Numbered from the stretch's first letter, positions 30,649 through 40,843 are shown. The stretch: DNA of 64,000 nt from Actinomycetes bacterium (GCA_023458095.1 JAEXAS010000004.1:55639-119638); one strand, 5' to 3'. Made by a program: numbers and translations. Notes: a model not told the origin generated them from the sequence alone.

Positions 30649-31488
30649 TCAGCCGGCCTCAGCTTCGCGGGGTGCCTCCACCAGGCGCGGCCGGGGCCGC
30701 TCCGGCTCGACGGGCTGCTGCACGCGCACCGGCTCCGAGCGCGACTGAGCACCCCGTTCGGCCGCTGCCGTCCGTAGCGCGACGGCTCGATGGAAATCGG
30801 CCTGGGTGGGCATGCCGTAGGCGCGGGCGGTGGTGTCGTGCATCTCCACCACGTAGCGGTTGATCCGCTCGGCGAATTGATGCGCGATCTCGCCAGGGGC
30901 AGCGCGAAGCGGCCGTCCGAAGACGATGTGGACGTGGGGACGCCCGGGCACCGGCACATTTGCGCCGTAGGGCATCGCAGCGTAGGCGCCGACCAGGGCG
31001 ATCGGCAGGATCGGAACATTGCGCGAGATGCTCAACGCCGCCGCACCGGGCGTGAAGCGGGCCATCGCTCCGGTGCGGGACCGGGTGCCCTCGGGGAAGA
31101 TCAGCAGCGGCACACCTTCGGTGAGCAACTCCCCGGCGAGACTGCGGCGATGGCCGTGCCCTTGCCGTTCCACCGGAAAAGAGTTGAAGAACAGCGTGGT
31201 CGGCAGCGCCTTGTACCACGACTGGAAGAAGTAGTCGGAGGCCGCACCAGCGGACAGATTCTTCGATAGCCGGCGGGGCAACCCGCCGAAAATCAGCGGT
31301 GCATCCAGGTGGCTGGAGTGGTTCGCCACAGCCACAAAAGGCGCCTTCACAGAGTCCAGATTGCGCCGTCCATGGATGTGGACGGTGAGAGCTGACCACA
31401 TGTATGGCTTCATGACCAGGTGCTGGGCAACGAATCGGGCCGCACCTGGTCCGGGTGAGCTATAGCGGTTGGTCTTGGGTTCGGACAC
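30649..31488 (-). CDS. Lysophospholipid acyltransferase (PlsC family)
   Basis: NHSSHLD, FPEGTRS. Confidence 0.9.
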   Translation of the reverse strand: MSEPKTNRYSSPGPGAARFVAQHLVMKPYMWSALTVHIHGRRNLDSVKAPFVAVANHSSHLDAPLIFGGLPRRLSKNLSAGAASDYFFQSWYKALPTTLFFNSFPVERQGHGHRRSLAGELLTEGVPLLIFPEGTRSRTGAMARFTPGAAALSISRNVPILPIALVGAYAAMPYGANVPVPGRPHVHIVFGRPLRAAPGEIAHQFAERINRYVVEMHDTTARAYGMPTQADFHRAVALRTAAAERGAQSRSEPVRVQQPVEPERPRPRLVEAPREAEAG

Positions 31489-31631
31489 TGGTCCCCCTCC
31501 AATTTGCGAACCTCAAGAGTGTCCCACTGATAGGCGTTTGAGGCTAGGCGGGCTCTTCTCGACGGGCTGTCGCGCAGCCGCTCTCGGCACCACGCGGCCC
31601 CACTTTGACGACTTGACCAGGGGTGATGCGC

Positions 31632-32399
31632 TCAATCACGGCTGTGGGTCAAGGTCCCCGAAATCCAGCGCACGACCGGTCGAGGCACAATCCCCAGTCC
31701 GAAGGCGGCCAGTTTCCAGCGCAGCGTGGGAATCGAAACCACCTTGCCTTTGGCCGTGTCGGCCAGCGCCTTGGTGGCACAGGTGCTGGCGTCGACCCAG
31801 ATCCAGTTCGGAATCGACGCCGTCGTCACCTGCGCGCGTTCGTGGAACTCGGTGCGCACCCACCCGGGACACAATGCGGTGACTGAAACCCCTTGACCGC
31901 GCACCTCCTCGGCCAGGCCTTCGGAGAACACCTTCACCCAGGCCTTCAGCGCCGAATAGCTGCCCTGGGTGATCCAGGCAGACAGCGAGGCGACATTGAG
32001 AATCCGGCCGTGTCCACGGACCACCATGGCCTGAGCTGCAGCCACACTGAGCTCGGCGACGGCAACGATCATCACCGAGATAGCCCTGTCTGTCTCCCCT
32101 TCAGGGGCCGCCAAAAGGCGGTTGCTGGGGCCAAACCCGGCGTTGTTCACCAGCAGGTCGATCGGACGCAGCGGGTCGGCCAGTCGCTGTGCCACCTCGT
32201 GGCGATGCGCCTCGACGGCCAGATCAGCGACGAGCACCTCGACCTGCACGCCGTAGCCGGCCGCAAGTCGGTCCGCTGCCGCCGTCAACCGGGATCGGTC
32301 ACGGGCGACCAACACCAGGTCGTCGCCGCGCTGCGCGCAGGCTTCGGCGAAGGCGGCTCCCAGGCCTGCACTGGCTCCGGTGATACAGGTGGTCGGCAT
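31632..32399 (-). CDS. SDR family oxidoreductase
   Basis: TGASAGLG, NNAG, YSALK. Confidence 0.92.
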   Translation of the reverse strand: MPTTCITGASAGLGAAFAEACAQRGDDLVLVARDRSRLTAAADRLAAGYGVQVEVLVADLAVEAHRHEVAQRLADPLRPIDLLVNNAGFGPSNRLLAAPEGETDRAISVMIVAVAELSVAAAQAMVVRGHGRILNVASLSAWITQGSYSALKAWVKVFSEGLAEEVRGQGVSVTALCPGWVRTEFHERAQVTTASIPNWIWVDASTCATKALADTAKGKVVSIPTLRWKLAAFGLGIVPRPVVRWISGTLTHSRD

Positions 32400-32435
32400 G
32401 CCCGGCACGCTACCCCACGGTGCACCTACGTTGCC

Positions 32436-33068
32436 TCACGCGGCCAACAGCGGCGCCTGCTGCGCCAACTGCCGTAGCGTCCGACTGCAGCGGTAGCGGA
32501 CATTCTCTGGACTGATCCCCAACACCGCTCCGGCCCGGCCACTGTTCAGCCCCAGCACGTAAACCAGCCACAGCAGGCGCACCGTCTCATCGTCGATGAA
32601 CCCATACTCCCGCGCACAATGAAGAGTCGCCTCGGCGCTGGCGTCCGGGCCGGCCTGTGGCATCAGAACCGTCGGAGGCTGGGCCAACTGCCGCCGCAAC
32701 GCCCACAGGACATTGCTCACGATCGCCCGGGGGCGACGCTCCAAGGGGTAGTCGGCCAGGGTCACCCACAGCACCGAGACCGCCTCGTCGAACCATTCCT
32801 CCTCACCTCGGCTCAGCAGCACCAGCTTGCCGAGCAGAGCCTGCACCACGACCCGGTAGGCCATCCGATCCCCGTGCGCGCCCAGGTCGAGCAGCGCCCG
32901 AAGGGTCGGATCGGGGTCTTGTCGAATGAGCTCCAGAAGATCGTTCAGGCCCGCGGCCGCACCCAAACAGGGGTGGCTGCCTGCCCAGTTTTCCACCACG
33001 TCATGCCGCTTGAGGCACTGCCGATGCCAGTCCTGGTTCAACTCCATCAAGAGGCGGTAGGTGCTCAT
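32436..33068 (-). CDS. Sigma-70 region 4-like HTH protein (divergent ECF sigma-like)
   Basis: C-terminal AGAVLGISPENVRYRCSRTLRQL. Confidence 0.55.
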   Translation of the reverse strand: MSTYRLLMELNQDWHRQCLKRHDVVENWAGSHPCLGAAAGLNDLLELIRQDPDPTLRALLDLGAHGDRMAYRVVVQALLGKLVLLSRGEEEWFDEAVSVLWVTLADYPLERRPRAIVSNVLWALRRQLAQPPTVLMPQAGPDASAEATLHCAREYGFIDDETVRLLWLVYVLGLNSGRAGAVLGISPENVRYRCSRTLRQLAQQAPLLAA

Positions 33069-33378
33069 GAACCCAGCGTCGCCAGCCGGTGTTGCCCAGG
33101 TTGTTGACCGCAGAGCCGCCGGTGTTGCCCGGTGTCTGACCCCGGTCAGCTAACGATTGAGCGACAAAGGTGAGCCTTGCCTCATAGCAGGGCTTTTGGA
33201 CGTAGAATGGTCTCGTACACATCCGGTGTTTGGCGTCCGTCATCTGCCATCACGTTCGCCCAGAGGGCCACTCGGATCACCAGTGGCCCTCTGGTGCCAA
33301 TCCGAATCGCCCTCTCGCCATGAGCTCAGTTTTTGGCGATCCTCGTACGCTTGAGCTGTTCACCAGGAGAGGTCACCG

Positions 33379-34290
33379 ATGCAGCAACCGATGGCGCCCC
33401 ATAAACGGGGAGTGCTCGAGCGGGCGACGCTTGTCGCCTTGGTCGGGCTGTCGGTGCTTTCGGTACTGGGTGTCGCAACCGTCACCGTCTATCTGAACCG
33501 ACTCAGTGAAAGCACTGCAGACTTGCCGCGAGCCCGCATCATGTCCGACTACGCCGGGCGTCCGGAATCGGTGATCGGCAGCAATGGCAACCCCTCGGTG
33601 AACTACCTGATCATGGCGTCGTCGGCGAACGGCCTGGACGCCGTCGTGGTGGCGAATCTGTCCTCTTCGGGACGCAGCCTGACTCTGGTCACGATTCCTG
33701 CCGATGTCCTGGCGACGTCCACGGGGAGCCAAACCTTGGCCGGCGGGTTCGCGATGGATCCGGCCATCACCGTGCGCACCATGGAGGGCCTGACTGATGC
33801 CCGCATGGACCATCAGATCCTGATCGACCTGGATCAGTTCGCTGCGGTGATCGACGCGATCGGCGGAATCTCGATCGGCGGCACCCAACTCACCGGAGCG
33901 CAAGCGGTCGCGCTGGTCACCCAGGCGCCGGATTCACAGGCAGCCGCGCTCAACTGCGGATCAGTAATTCGTGCATCTCTGGTGACAGCCGACGACTACT
34001 CCAACCTGATCAATCCCAGCAAGTTGAACCACATGATCGACACGCTGGGTCAATCGGTCGTCCTCGATTCGACCTTGACCAATCAGGTGATCAGGAACAC
34101 TGTGATCGACAGCAGTGTTCATCCAGTGGAGACGCAAGTATGGCCTGTGAAGACAGAGCCATCAGCGAAGGGGACGCTACCGGAAGAGGCAGCACTCAAT
34201 TCACTGCGCTCTGCGCTGGATTCGCCGAATCTGGCGGACACTGAGCAGTACCAGCAGACCGCATTCATTCCACAGGAGACGCACCGATGA
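33379..34290 (+). CDS. LCP (LytR-CpsA-Psr) family protein, degenerate
   Basis: TM anchor and LCP-like order (DAVVV...LVTIPAD...IDAIGGI), lacking conserved Arg motifs. Confidence 0.7.
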   Translation: MQQPMAPHKRGVLERATLVALVGLSVLSVLGVATVTVYLNRLSESTADLPRARIMSDYAGRPESVIGSNGNPSVNYLIMASSANGLDAVVVANLSSSGRSLTLVTIPADVLATSTGSQTLAGGFAMDPAITVRTMEGLTDARMDHQILIDLDQFAAVIDAIGGISIGGTQLTGAQAVALVTQAPDSQAAALNCGSVIRASLVTADDYSNLINPSKLNHMIDTLGQSVVLDSTLTNQVIRNTVIDSSVHPVETQVWPVKTEPSAKGTLPEEAALNSLRSALDSPNLADTEQYQQTAFIPQETHR

Positions 34291-34439
34291 CAAAGACGAA
34301 GAAGGTGATTGCGGCCGGTAAGGCCGTGCGCGTGGTGGTGGCGCTGGGAATGGTCGGTTATCTGCTGTGGGACATCTGGCAGCGACGCAACCGCCACACG
34401 GCCCAGGTCTGGGCCGCTGGTACTGATTCGATCGACTGA
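34287..34439 (+). CDS. Small 50-aa single-TM protein (DLW-39-like C-terminus)
   Basis: Own translation MTKTKKVIAAGKAVRVVVALGMVGYLLWDIWQRRNRHTAQVWAAGTDSID; SD AGGAG; ATGA overlap with the LCP stop. Confidence 0.65.
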   Translation: MTKTKKVIAAGKAVRVVVALGMVGYLLWDIWQRRNRHTAQVWAAGTDSID

Positions 34440-34461
34440 TCGCAATGTCTGGGGGGACATC

Positions 34462-35490
34462 ATGTACGACCTAGGTTTGGGGGTGTTTGACGAGGACGGC
34501 GGCGAGGAAGAGCCACAGCCGGACCCGGTCAAACAGAAGAAGGAGCGCAGATGGCTGCGCCGTTCGTTGGTGGCATTGAGTTTGGTGCTGGCCCTCGTGG
34601 TGGGCGTGGGCGCCTTCTACGTGGTCGTCGGGGTCAATGCCCTGCAAGGCTTGAAGCGGGAGCCGGGGCTGCTGCCCACCGACAATCCGGAGACCAGCGT
34701 CCCGGTCCTGAACGAAGGCCCGGTTGATTTCGTCCTGATCGGAACCGACTCGCGCGGCTCGGATCGCGGACGCAGCGACACCTTGATGATCGCCCACCTC
34801 AACACCGAACGAAATGCGCTGTATCTGATCTCTTTCCCCCGTGACCTGTACGTGCCGATCGCCGGTCATGGCAAGAACAAGATCAATGCTGCCTATTCCT
34901 TTGGCGGGGCGGCGCTGACGGTCAAGACCGTGCAAAACCTCACCGGAACCAAGATGGACCACACGGCCATCATCGACTTCCCTGGGTTCGTCGGCCTCAC
35001 CAGTGACGTGGGCGGGGTGACCGTCTTCAATCAGGTTGCCTCCTCCAACCTCGGCTACGACTTTCCGCGCGGAGACATCACCATCAAAGGCGAACAGGCG
35101 CTGGCCTATGTGCGCCAGCGCTATGGCCTTCCGGGCGGAGATTTTGATCGGGCCGAGCGGCAGCGCATCGTGGTTCGTGCCCTCATCCTCAAGCTGCTCA
35201 AGCCCAGCACGATGGCGAACCCAGCGACGTTCAATGCCGTGGCGACCAAGCTCGGCGCCAACGTGACGGTGGACGATCAACTGACTAATCAGGTGATTTG
35301 GAATCTCGCCACCGACACCAACATCTCCAGCTCGGCGCAAATCCGGCAGTTGCAGGCGCCGATCGGCCGTGCCGCGCGGGTGCATGGTTCAGACGTGCTG
35401 TTTGCCAATGAAACTCAGATGGCGGAGTTGTCCGAGGCGATCCGTACCGACCAGTTGGGTGCCTACTGGAACAAGTACGGCGAGGACTGA
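34462..35490 (+). CDS. LCP family glycopolymer transferase
   Basis: GTDSR, GRSDT, SFPRD, KINAAY, YVRQRY, DFDRAERQ. Confidence 0.9.
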   Translation: MYDLGLGVFDEDGGEEEPQPDPVKQKKERRWLRRSLVALSLVLALVVGVGAFYVVVGVNALQGLKREPGLLPTDNPETSVPVLNEGPVDFVLIGTDSRGSDRGRSDTLMIAHLNTERNALYLISFPRDLYVPIAGHGKNKINAAYSFGGAALTVKTVQNLTGTKMDHTAIIDFPGFVGLTSDVGGVTVFNQVASSNLGYDFPRGDITIKGEQALAYVRQRYGLPGGDFDRAERQRIVVRALILKLLKPSTMANPATFNAVATKLGANVTVDDQLTNQVIWNLATDTNISSSAQIRQLQAPIGRAARVHGSDVLFANETQMAELSEAIRTDQLGAYWNKYGED

Positions 35491-35904
35491 TCACTCGAAG
35501 AAGGAGTCGTCCTCGTCCTCAGAAGGAGTGAGCGCCAACTCCAGGGCCTGACCGACCGCCACCGCGTGGTCGGCAGGATCTGCCATCGTGTTGAGCCGGT
35601 CGCGCAGGCTGGGGTCGACCGATGCGGTTTGCGACATCAGATCGATGGTCTCGAAATCGAGTTGGGTGGGGTCCCCGGCGGGGTTGATGCGCAGGCGCAG
35701 ATACAGCCCCGACGGCGGCCAATCCTCGCCATAGATCTCATCAATCCCCAGCTCGGGATAGCGCCGCAGGAAGGAATCGGGGTCCGCACGGAAGGTCACC
35801 TCATGCCAGCCCGCCTCAGAGCTGACCGCGACCGCTTCGAACTCCAGCCCATAGGGCGCCAGTTCGTCCATGAGGTCTTCGATGTATCCCTCTGGCAAAT
35901 CCAT
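35491..35904 (-). CDS. Acidic hypothetical protein
   Basis: 137-aa ORF with protein-like composition, convergent with the LCP gene. Confidence 0.6.
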   Translation of the reverse strand: MDLPEGYIEDLMDELAPYGLEFEAVAVSSEAGWHEVTFRADPDSFLRRYPELGIDEIYGEDWPPSGLYLRLRINPAGDPTQLDFETIDLMSQTASVDPSLRDRLNTMADPADHAVAVGQALELALTPSEDEDDSFFE

Positions 35905-36038
35905 GGCTCAACCGTAGCGAATCCAACCGCGGCGTACATGCTCAGCGCAGCGATGTCTGAGTACGCGCCCGGGTCCAGCAAGCACTGATACCGCTGGGCT
36001 GGCCACCGGGGCGTGCTTCGTCCCGCAGCACGAACCGC

Positions 36039-39000
36039 TCAACCAGCGCAGAGGGCGTCCTGCAGTCGGACGGCCTTCTTCACGGCTGCGGATTGGCCCG
36101 GACGACTCGCCAGCTCGGCCAGCCCGGGCCAGGCCGGCCCCTCACCCAGCAGCCCCCGGACGGCCGCTTCGTGCAGATACGGCGCCAGGCACAGTGCGAG
36201 GTCCAGCACCGGGTTGAGCCAACGCGGAAGCTCCTCATTCGCAGCGGCGAACCGTACTGGTTCGGTCAGGATCGGCCATAGAGCACCCAGGTGATGGGGC
36301 GCCTTGGCGAGCATGCCAGCGAGCTTGGCCGGGCTCACCTCCGATGAGTTCAGGAGGGCGCCCATCGCTACCCGCACCCCTGTCGAACCCAAGTGGCCAG
36401 CTTCGACGAGTTGGGATACCAGGTTTCGACCCGCCCAGGCATTGTCCCCATCCTGAGCGGCCAGCCCCACCGCGATGGTCAGCAGCGAGCTGCTCAGCGG
36501 CGGGTTGGGTCGATCAGCGAAGACCTGCTGGTGGCCGTCGGCCCACCGCCTCGACTTCACCTGCATCGCCTGAACCTGGTCGTCCCAGTACAGCCAGTTC
36601 CGCGCTTCCGGGGAGTCTTCGTCCTTCAGCCGCGCCTCACACTGGCCCTCGCATTCGAGGTCCCAGGTCCAACCCTTCGTCACGAAATAGGGCTCCGGCT
36701 GGCCGGGCACTTCAAGGGCGAAGCGCAGCATTCGGGTCGGCGCCGACCGGTCGACCCACTCGGCCCGCACCGTCACGCCGTCCTCGATCACCGGCGGGTC
36801 CTGGGCAGTCCAATACGCCTCGAACGGCGGATCCAACACCACCGTCGGCGCGGTCACTGCCGTCGCTTGAGCCTCGACCACCGGCAGCGCCGCCACCACC
36901 GCACGGGCAGCCAGCACCGCCTTCGAACTTCCCGAACGCGCGGCCAGCTCCCGCACCCCGGGCACGTCGACGACAGTGGCGTCGGCCCGTCCGTCGGCCA
37001 CGGCGGCCAGCACCTCAGGGGTCAGGACCACCATTGCCTCAGCCACCTCGGCGGCACCAGCCAGCAGGCGCGGGGCATCCAATGCGGCCACCAGAAGGTC
37101 ATCCAGCACCGGCCACACCACCGACGCGAGCCCGACCTCGGCGAATTCCAACAGGGTCTGGGCCAACGCGGCCACCGCCGTCGGCGGACGACGCCAGTCC
37201 AGCAGCCCCACATCAGCCACCCCCGGACGCAGCAGACCGCGCTGCCAGGCTTCGATTACCGCCTGGGTCGCCTCAGCCAGCGCCCGCTGATGGCAGCTAC
37301 GCGCGCCCGCCAACAGATTGATCGCCAGCCCCGGCGTCAACGGGTCACGACGGCGAGCCACCTGCCGATGGACTTGGCCCAGTTCAGGCGGCACATCGGC
37401 ACTCCACCGGCGGTTGACCAGACCGGCATCACCCCAGTTGGGGAATACCGAGAAGGTGTAATCGCCGTAATAGTTGGCGATGGTGTCCCACACCAGCCCG
37501 AACGGCTCAAAGGCTGGCGGCATCACCGGCAAGACGAGTTCCCAGCGTCCCTCCCGAGCGGGAAACGACAGCTGCGGCTCGCCCACCGGAGCAACCAAGT
37601 AGTCGGCCACGAGTTGCCCGGCTGGCTGCGTCAGTGTCCCGCCGTCGGCGGTGGCGACGGTGACCGCGACGGTCTTCAGCGTCGCCACGAGTTCGGGGCT
37701 GGCCAGCCGCACGTCACAGCGAGCGAGGGCCACGAACAGATCTGCCGCCAGGGCATCCACTCCCGCCTGCGCGTACGACCTCAGCCGGGCGAGCAGGTCG
37801 CCCGGATCAATGCTGAGGTCAACGAAACTGGGCTCCGAGAGCAGACACGGCAACTCGTCGAGGTGGCGCAGCACAAGGTGATCGCGAGCGTAGAGAAAGC
37901 GTCGCTGGCCGTCGTACAACGGTTCTGTGCGGGTACCGTCACACCAGTCCCGAATCCACCGCCCCCACTGGCTCCAGGCGTTGACGCCTTGCAGGGCCGC
38001 CCGTGCCTCGGAAGCGGACCGCCGGGCCAACTCGTGCGCCACCGCCAGAAACTGCTCGACGGTCAGGTCGTTATCGGCGGGGTCACCGAGGATCACCTGG
38101 GCGGCCAGCCGAGTCAATGCCTCCGGACTCGCCTCGCCGCGCTCGAAGCGGGGCAGCGTCCACACCGCCGGAGTGGGCTGCCACCAGCCGGCCACGTCCG
38201 GTACGGCCGGCACCGCTTGCGGCTCGGCCAACTCGCTCAGGTGCCAGGACGCCATCAGTGTGGTTGCCGCCTTCGCCACTGCAGCATCACGGTCGGCGGC
38301 CAGCACCGCCACCTGATCGACTACCGCCTGCCGTACCTCCAGTGGTGGAAGCGGATGGGCTGCGAGGGCCTTCAGCACGACCAGTTTCGACTTCTTGGTG
38401 GGAGCGGTCAGGCTGGAGACCGCCACCTCGCCCAGCGTCAGCTCATCGACCCCGGTAATCAAGACCGGCCCGAGTCGCTCCACCAACACCGATTCACCCA
38501 TCGACAGCAGCGGCACCAGAGCAGACGCCTGCTCAACCAGCGTCGAATCCTCGACGCCCAGGTCGTCGAGCAACAGGGCCAGCCACCGTTTGCGGTCGAC
38601 GGGACGACGCGCGCTGTCCAGCCCACTCAAGGCCAGCCCCACCGCCTGCTCCGGTTGCATCCAGCCGCGCTGAGCCCCGTAGCCGAGCACGGCAGCGAGG
38701 CCATCATTGCCCGGCACTGCCGCAGCGACCGCAGCCTGAACGTACTCGGCAAATCGGGGAGCCAAGAGTTCATCCGCCCCCGGGGCCTGCTGGCTCGACC
38801 ACCCGACGCCCGCCTCGTTGGCTGCCCAGTTCGCCCATTCAGCCAAGGCGTCGGGCGACTCCGGGACTGGAAGGTTCATCGCCGCCACAAGGCGCGCCAC
38901 CACCGCGGTTCGAACTCCGCCTTGCGTGACCATGCGGGCAGCGAAAGTCTCCCCACGGTCGGCCAACACTGCTGTCAGCACCTCGTCGCTGACCTCCCGA

Positions 39001-39323
39001 CAGTGATCGAGCAGCGAGCGGGCCCGCCGGGCGTCAACACCCACACGAATCGCGAACAGGGCCAGCATTGCTTCCTTGAGGCCGACGAAGCTGGTCCATC
39101 GAACCGATCCGAAGCCCATCGAGCTGGTCGGGCCGAGCCCGAGTTCCTGTTCGAGTGGGATCTCGCGAAACCTGCCCCACTGGCCGGCACGCAACCCCGC
39201 CACTGCCGTCTTGCGCTGCTCTGGTGTGCCCAACGGCAGACTCGGCGCCTCATCAATCGAGGCCCTGTGCCAGCCCAGTTCTCGAAAGACCGCCAAGGCC
39301 GCGGTCAGCGCAGAGGAGGTCAT
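36039..39323 (-). CDS. Large alpha-helical hypothetical protein (DUF6493-like SWIM partner)
   Basis: 1094-aa Ala/Leu-rich ORF, ATGA-coupled to the SWIM gene. Confidence 0.7.
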   Translation of the reverse strand: MTSSALTAALAVFRELGWHRASIDEAPSLPLGTPEQRKTAVAGLRAGQWGRFREIPLEQELGLGPTSSMGFGSVRWTSFVGLKEAMLALFAIRVGVDARRARSLLDHCREVSDEVLTAVLADRGETFAARMVTQGGVRTAVVARLVAAMNLPVPESPDALAEWANWAANEAGVGWSSQQAPGADELLAPRFAEYVQAAVAAAVPGNDGLAAVLGYGAQRGWMQPEQAVGLALSGLDSARRPVDRKRWLALLLDDLGVEDSTLVEQASALVPLLSMGESVLVERLGPVLITGVDELTLGEVAVSSLTAPTKKSKLVVLKALAAHPLPPLEVRQAVVDQVAVLAADRDAAVAKAATTLMASWHLSELAEPQAVPAVPDVAGWWQPTPAVWTLPRFERGEASPEALTRLAAQVILGDPADNDLTVEQFLAVAHELARRSASEARAALQGVNAWSQWGRWIRDWCDGTRTEPLYDGQRRFLYARDHLVLRHLDELPCLLSEPSFVDLSIDPGDLLARLRSYAQAGVDALAADLFVALARCDVRLASPELVATLKTVAVTVATADGGTLTQPAGQLVADYLVAPVGEPQLSFPAREGRWELVLPVMPPAFEPFGLVWDTIANYYGDYTFSVFPNWGDAGLVNRRWSADVPPELGQVHRQVARRRDPLTPGLAINLLAGARSCHQRALAEATQAVIEAWQRGLLRPGVADVGLLDWRRPPTAVAALAQTLLEFAEVGLASVVWPVLDDLLVAALDAPRLLAGAAEVAEAMVVLTPEVLAAVADGRADATVVDVPGVRELAARSGSSKAVLAARAVVAALPVVEAQATAVTAPTVVLDPPFEAYWTAQDPPVIEDGVTVRAEWVDRSAPTRMLRFALEVPGQPEPYFVTKGWTWDLECEGQCEARLKDEDSPEARNWLYWDDQVQAMQVKSRRWADGHQQVFADRPNPPLSSSLLTIAVGLAAQDGDNAWAGRNLVSQLVEAGHLGSTGVRVAMGALLNSSEVSPAKLAGMLAKAPHHLGALWPILTEPVRFAAANEELPRWLNPVLDLALCLAPYLHEAAVRGLLGEGPAWPGLAELASRPGQSAAVKKAVRLQDALCAG

Positions 39324-40675
39324 GCCCGAGTTCCAGCGTCCGGGCTGAGTTGGACGGCGAGAACGTGCTTGCAGGCGCCGCGTCCGCCGCTATGCCGCAG
39401 ATACCAGGCGCAGCTACAGGTGGCCCGCGTAGCCAATGCGCCATCAGCGGTGGAATCGGCGCGAACGAGGTAATCGACTCCACCGGAGGTCACCCGCCAC
39501 ACCTCGGGCTTGTCCGGCTCAGAACGGACGGCCCCCTCGGCCACCAGTTTTCGAGCCGCAACCAGCCGGGGGTTGTCCTTGTCGATCCGGTCCGGATCGT
39601 CGGGCAGTTCACGATGGAAGTAGGCCTGGTCGTGGGCGTCCCAGCCCACTCGGCCCGAGGCCGCAAGCACCGCCAACCCAGCCCGGACCCGTTCCGGGCT
39701 CAAAGCGGCGTCGCGAGCCAGGGCGTCCACATCGATCACCGGCTCGAAAGCGAGCAGGGCCGAGATCAGGTCGGCGTCCTCGAGCACGGAGTCTTGCGCC
39801 AACGACGCCAGCAGTGAACCCTCCCCAGAATGGCCACGCGCGGCATCCGCGGTCAGCCCCAGGGTCAGGCGCGCTCCCGGCAGTTCGGCCGTCACCAGGC
39901 AGGCCCCGGCCGTGCCGTCGCTGGGGGCGTAGACGGTGATCGAGGTCAGATGGGTCAGCACCCGCTTGATCGCGCCCAGCCGGTGCAGCCCGGAAAGGTG
40001 CACCGAGCCCGGAGTCGGCAAGGCGGCGAGCCTCACGCCGCTACGGCTGCGGGTCAGCCAACCGCTGCGCACGGTGCTGGTGGCTGGTGGCAGCGAAGCG
40101 ACGAATGCCCGAGACTCCACCGTGTTGAGCGTGACCACCGCGACCAACTCACGCTGCAACTGGGCGGCATTGCCCAGCGCCCGCACCCACCGGTCAGGCA
40201 TCTGGACGGGGCGCTCGACGGTGGTCTGGTCAACAGTGGCGAGCGCCAGCCCGTCCACCCCGACGTCGAGGTGGAGCAGTTCGTTGCGCTGGACGGCGGT
40301 CAGCGCAGCACGCATCTCGGTGCCCAAATCGACATTGGTGGTGCCGTGACCGATCTCGCCGCCGTCGAACCCGCTGCCGAGCAGGTCGAGGCGGGCGTAG
40401 ACACCGTTGCAGGCCGAGAAGCACTCAGCGCGAAGCCGATCGCCACTGGCGGTGAGGATCGGATCGCGCAGGTTGCTGGGCGCGAACTGGAAGTAGCGAG
40501 TGGCGGTGATGTCAGCCAAGGTCACCAGGCCCCGGGCCAGCACCAGCGGATTGGTGGCAAATCCGTGAAAGAAGCTGGGTGTGCTCACCAAACCGGACGG
40601 CGTCAAGGCCGGTGCGAGGGCGAGCCCAAGCCCGTCGGACGACAACTGCGACGAGCCTGCATAGGTTCTGACCAC
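39320..40675 (-). CDS. SWIM zinc-finger protein
   Basis: C-terminal CSCAWYLRHSGGRGACKH (CxC...CxH); N-terminal DPILT...RAECFSACNGVYARLD. Confidence 0.85.
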   Translation of the reverse strand: MVRTYAGSSQLSSDGLGLALAPALTPSGLVSTPSFFHGFATNPLVLARGLVTLADITATRYFQFAPSNLRDPILTASGDRLRAECFSACNGVYARLDLLGSGFDGGEIGHGTTNVDLGTEMRAALTAVQRNELLHLDVGVDGLALATVDQTTVERPVQMPDRWVRALGNAAQLQRELVAVVTLNTVESRAFVASLPPATSTVRSGWLTRSRSGVRLAALPTPGSVHLSGLHRLGAIKRVLTHLTSITVYAPSDGTAGACLVTAELPGARLTLGLTADAARGHSGEGSLLASLAQDSVLEDADLISALLAFEPVIDVDALARDAALSPERVRAGLAVLAASGRVGWDAHDQAYFHRELPDDPDRIDKDNPRLVAARKLVAEGAVRSEPDKPEVWRVTSGGVDYLVRADSTADGALATRATCSCAWYLRHSGGRGACKHVLAVQLSPDAGTRA

Positions 40676-40843
40676 GCCGAGATTCTTCCAGGCAGCCGAA
40701 AGCTGCCCAAGTCTTGTCGCCGAATCGCAACATGCTCAACCAAGCGGCCAGCACCCGGCGGCCGGCCTCGGCGCTTCCACCCTCGTGGCTGGCTCGGACC
40801 AGCACACCTTCGGTCCTGCGCCCCCAGACCAGTGGACTCACTC

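Noticed and set aside
36393..39473. 1026-aa ORF on the + strand
   Set aside because: Antisense shadow of the 1094-aa gene; Arg/His/Gly-rich composition typical of high-GC non-coding frames
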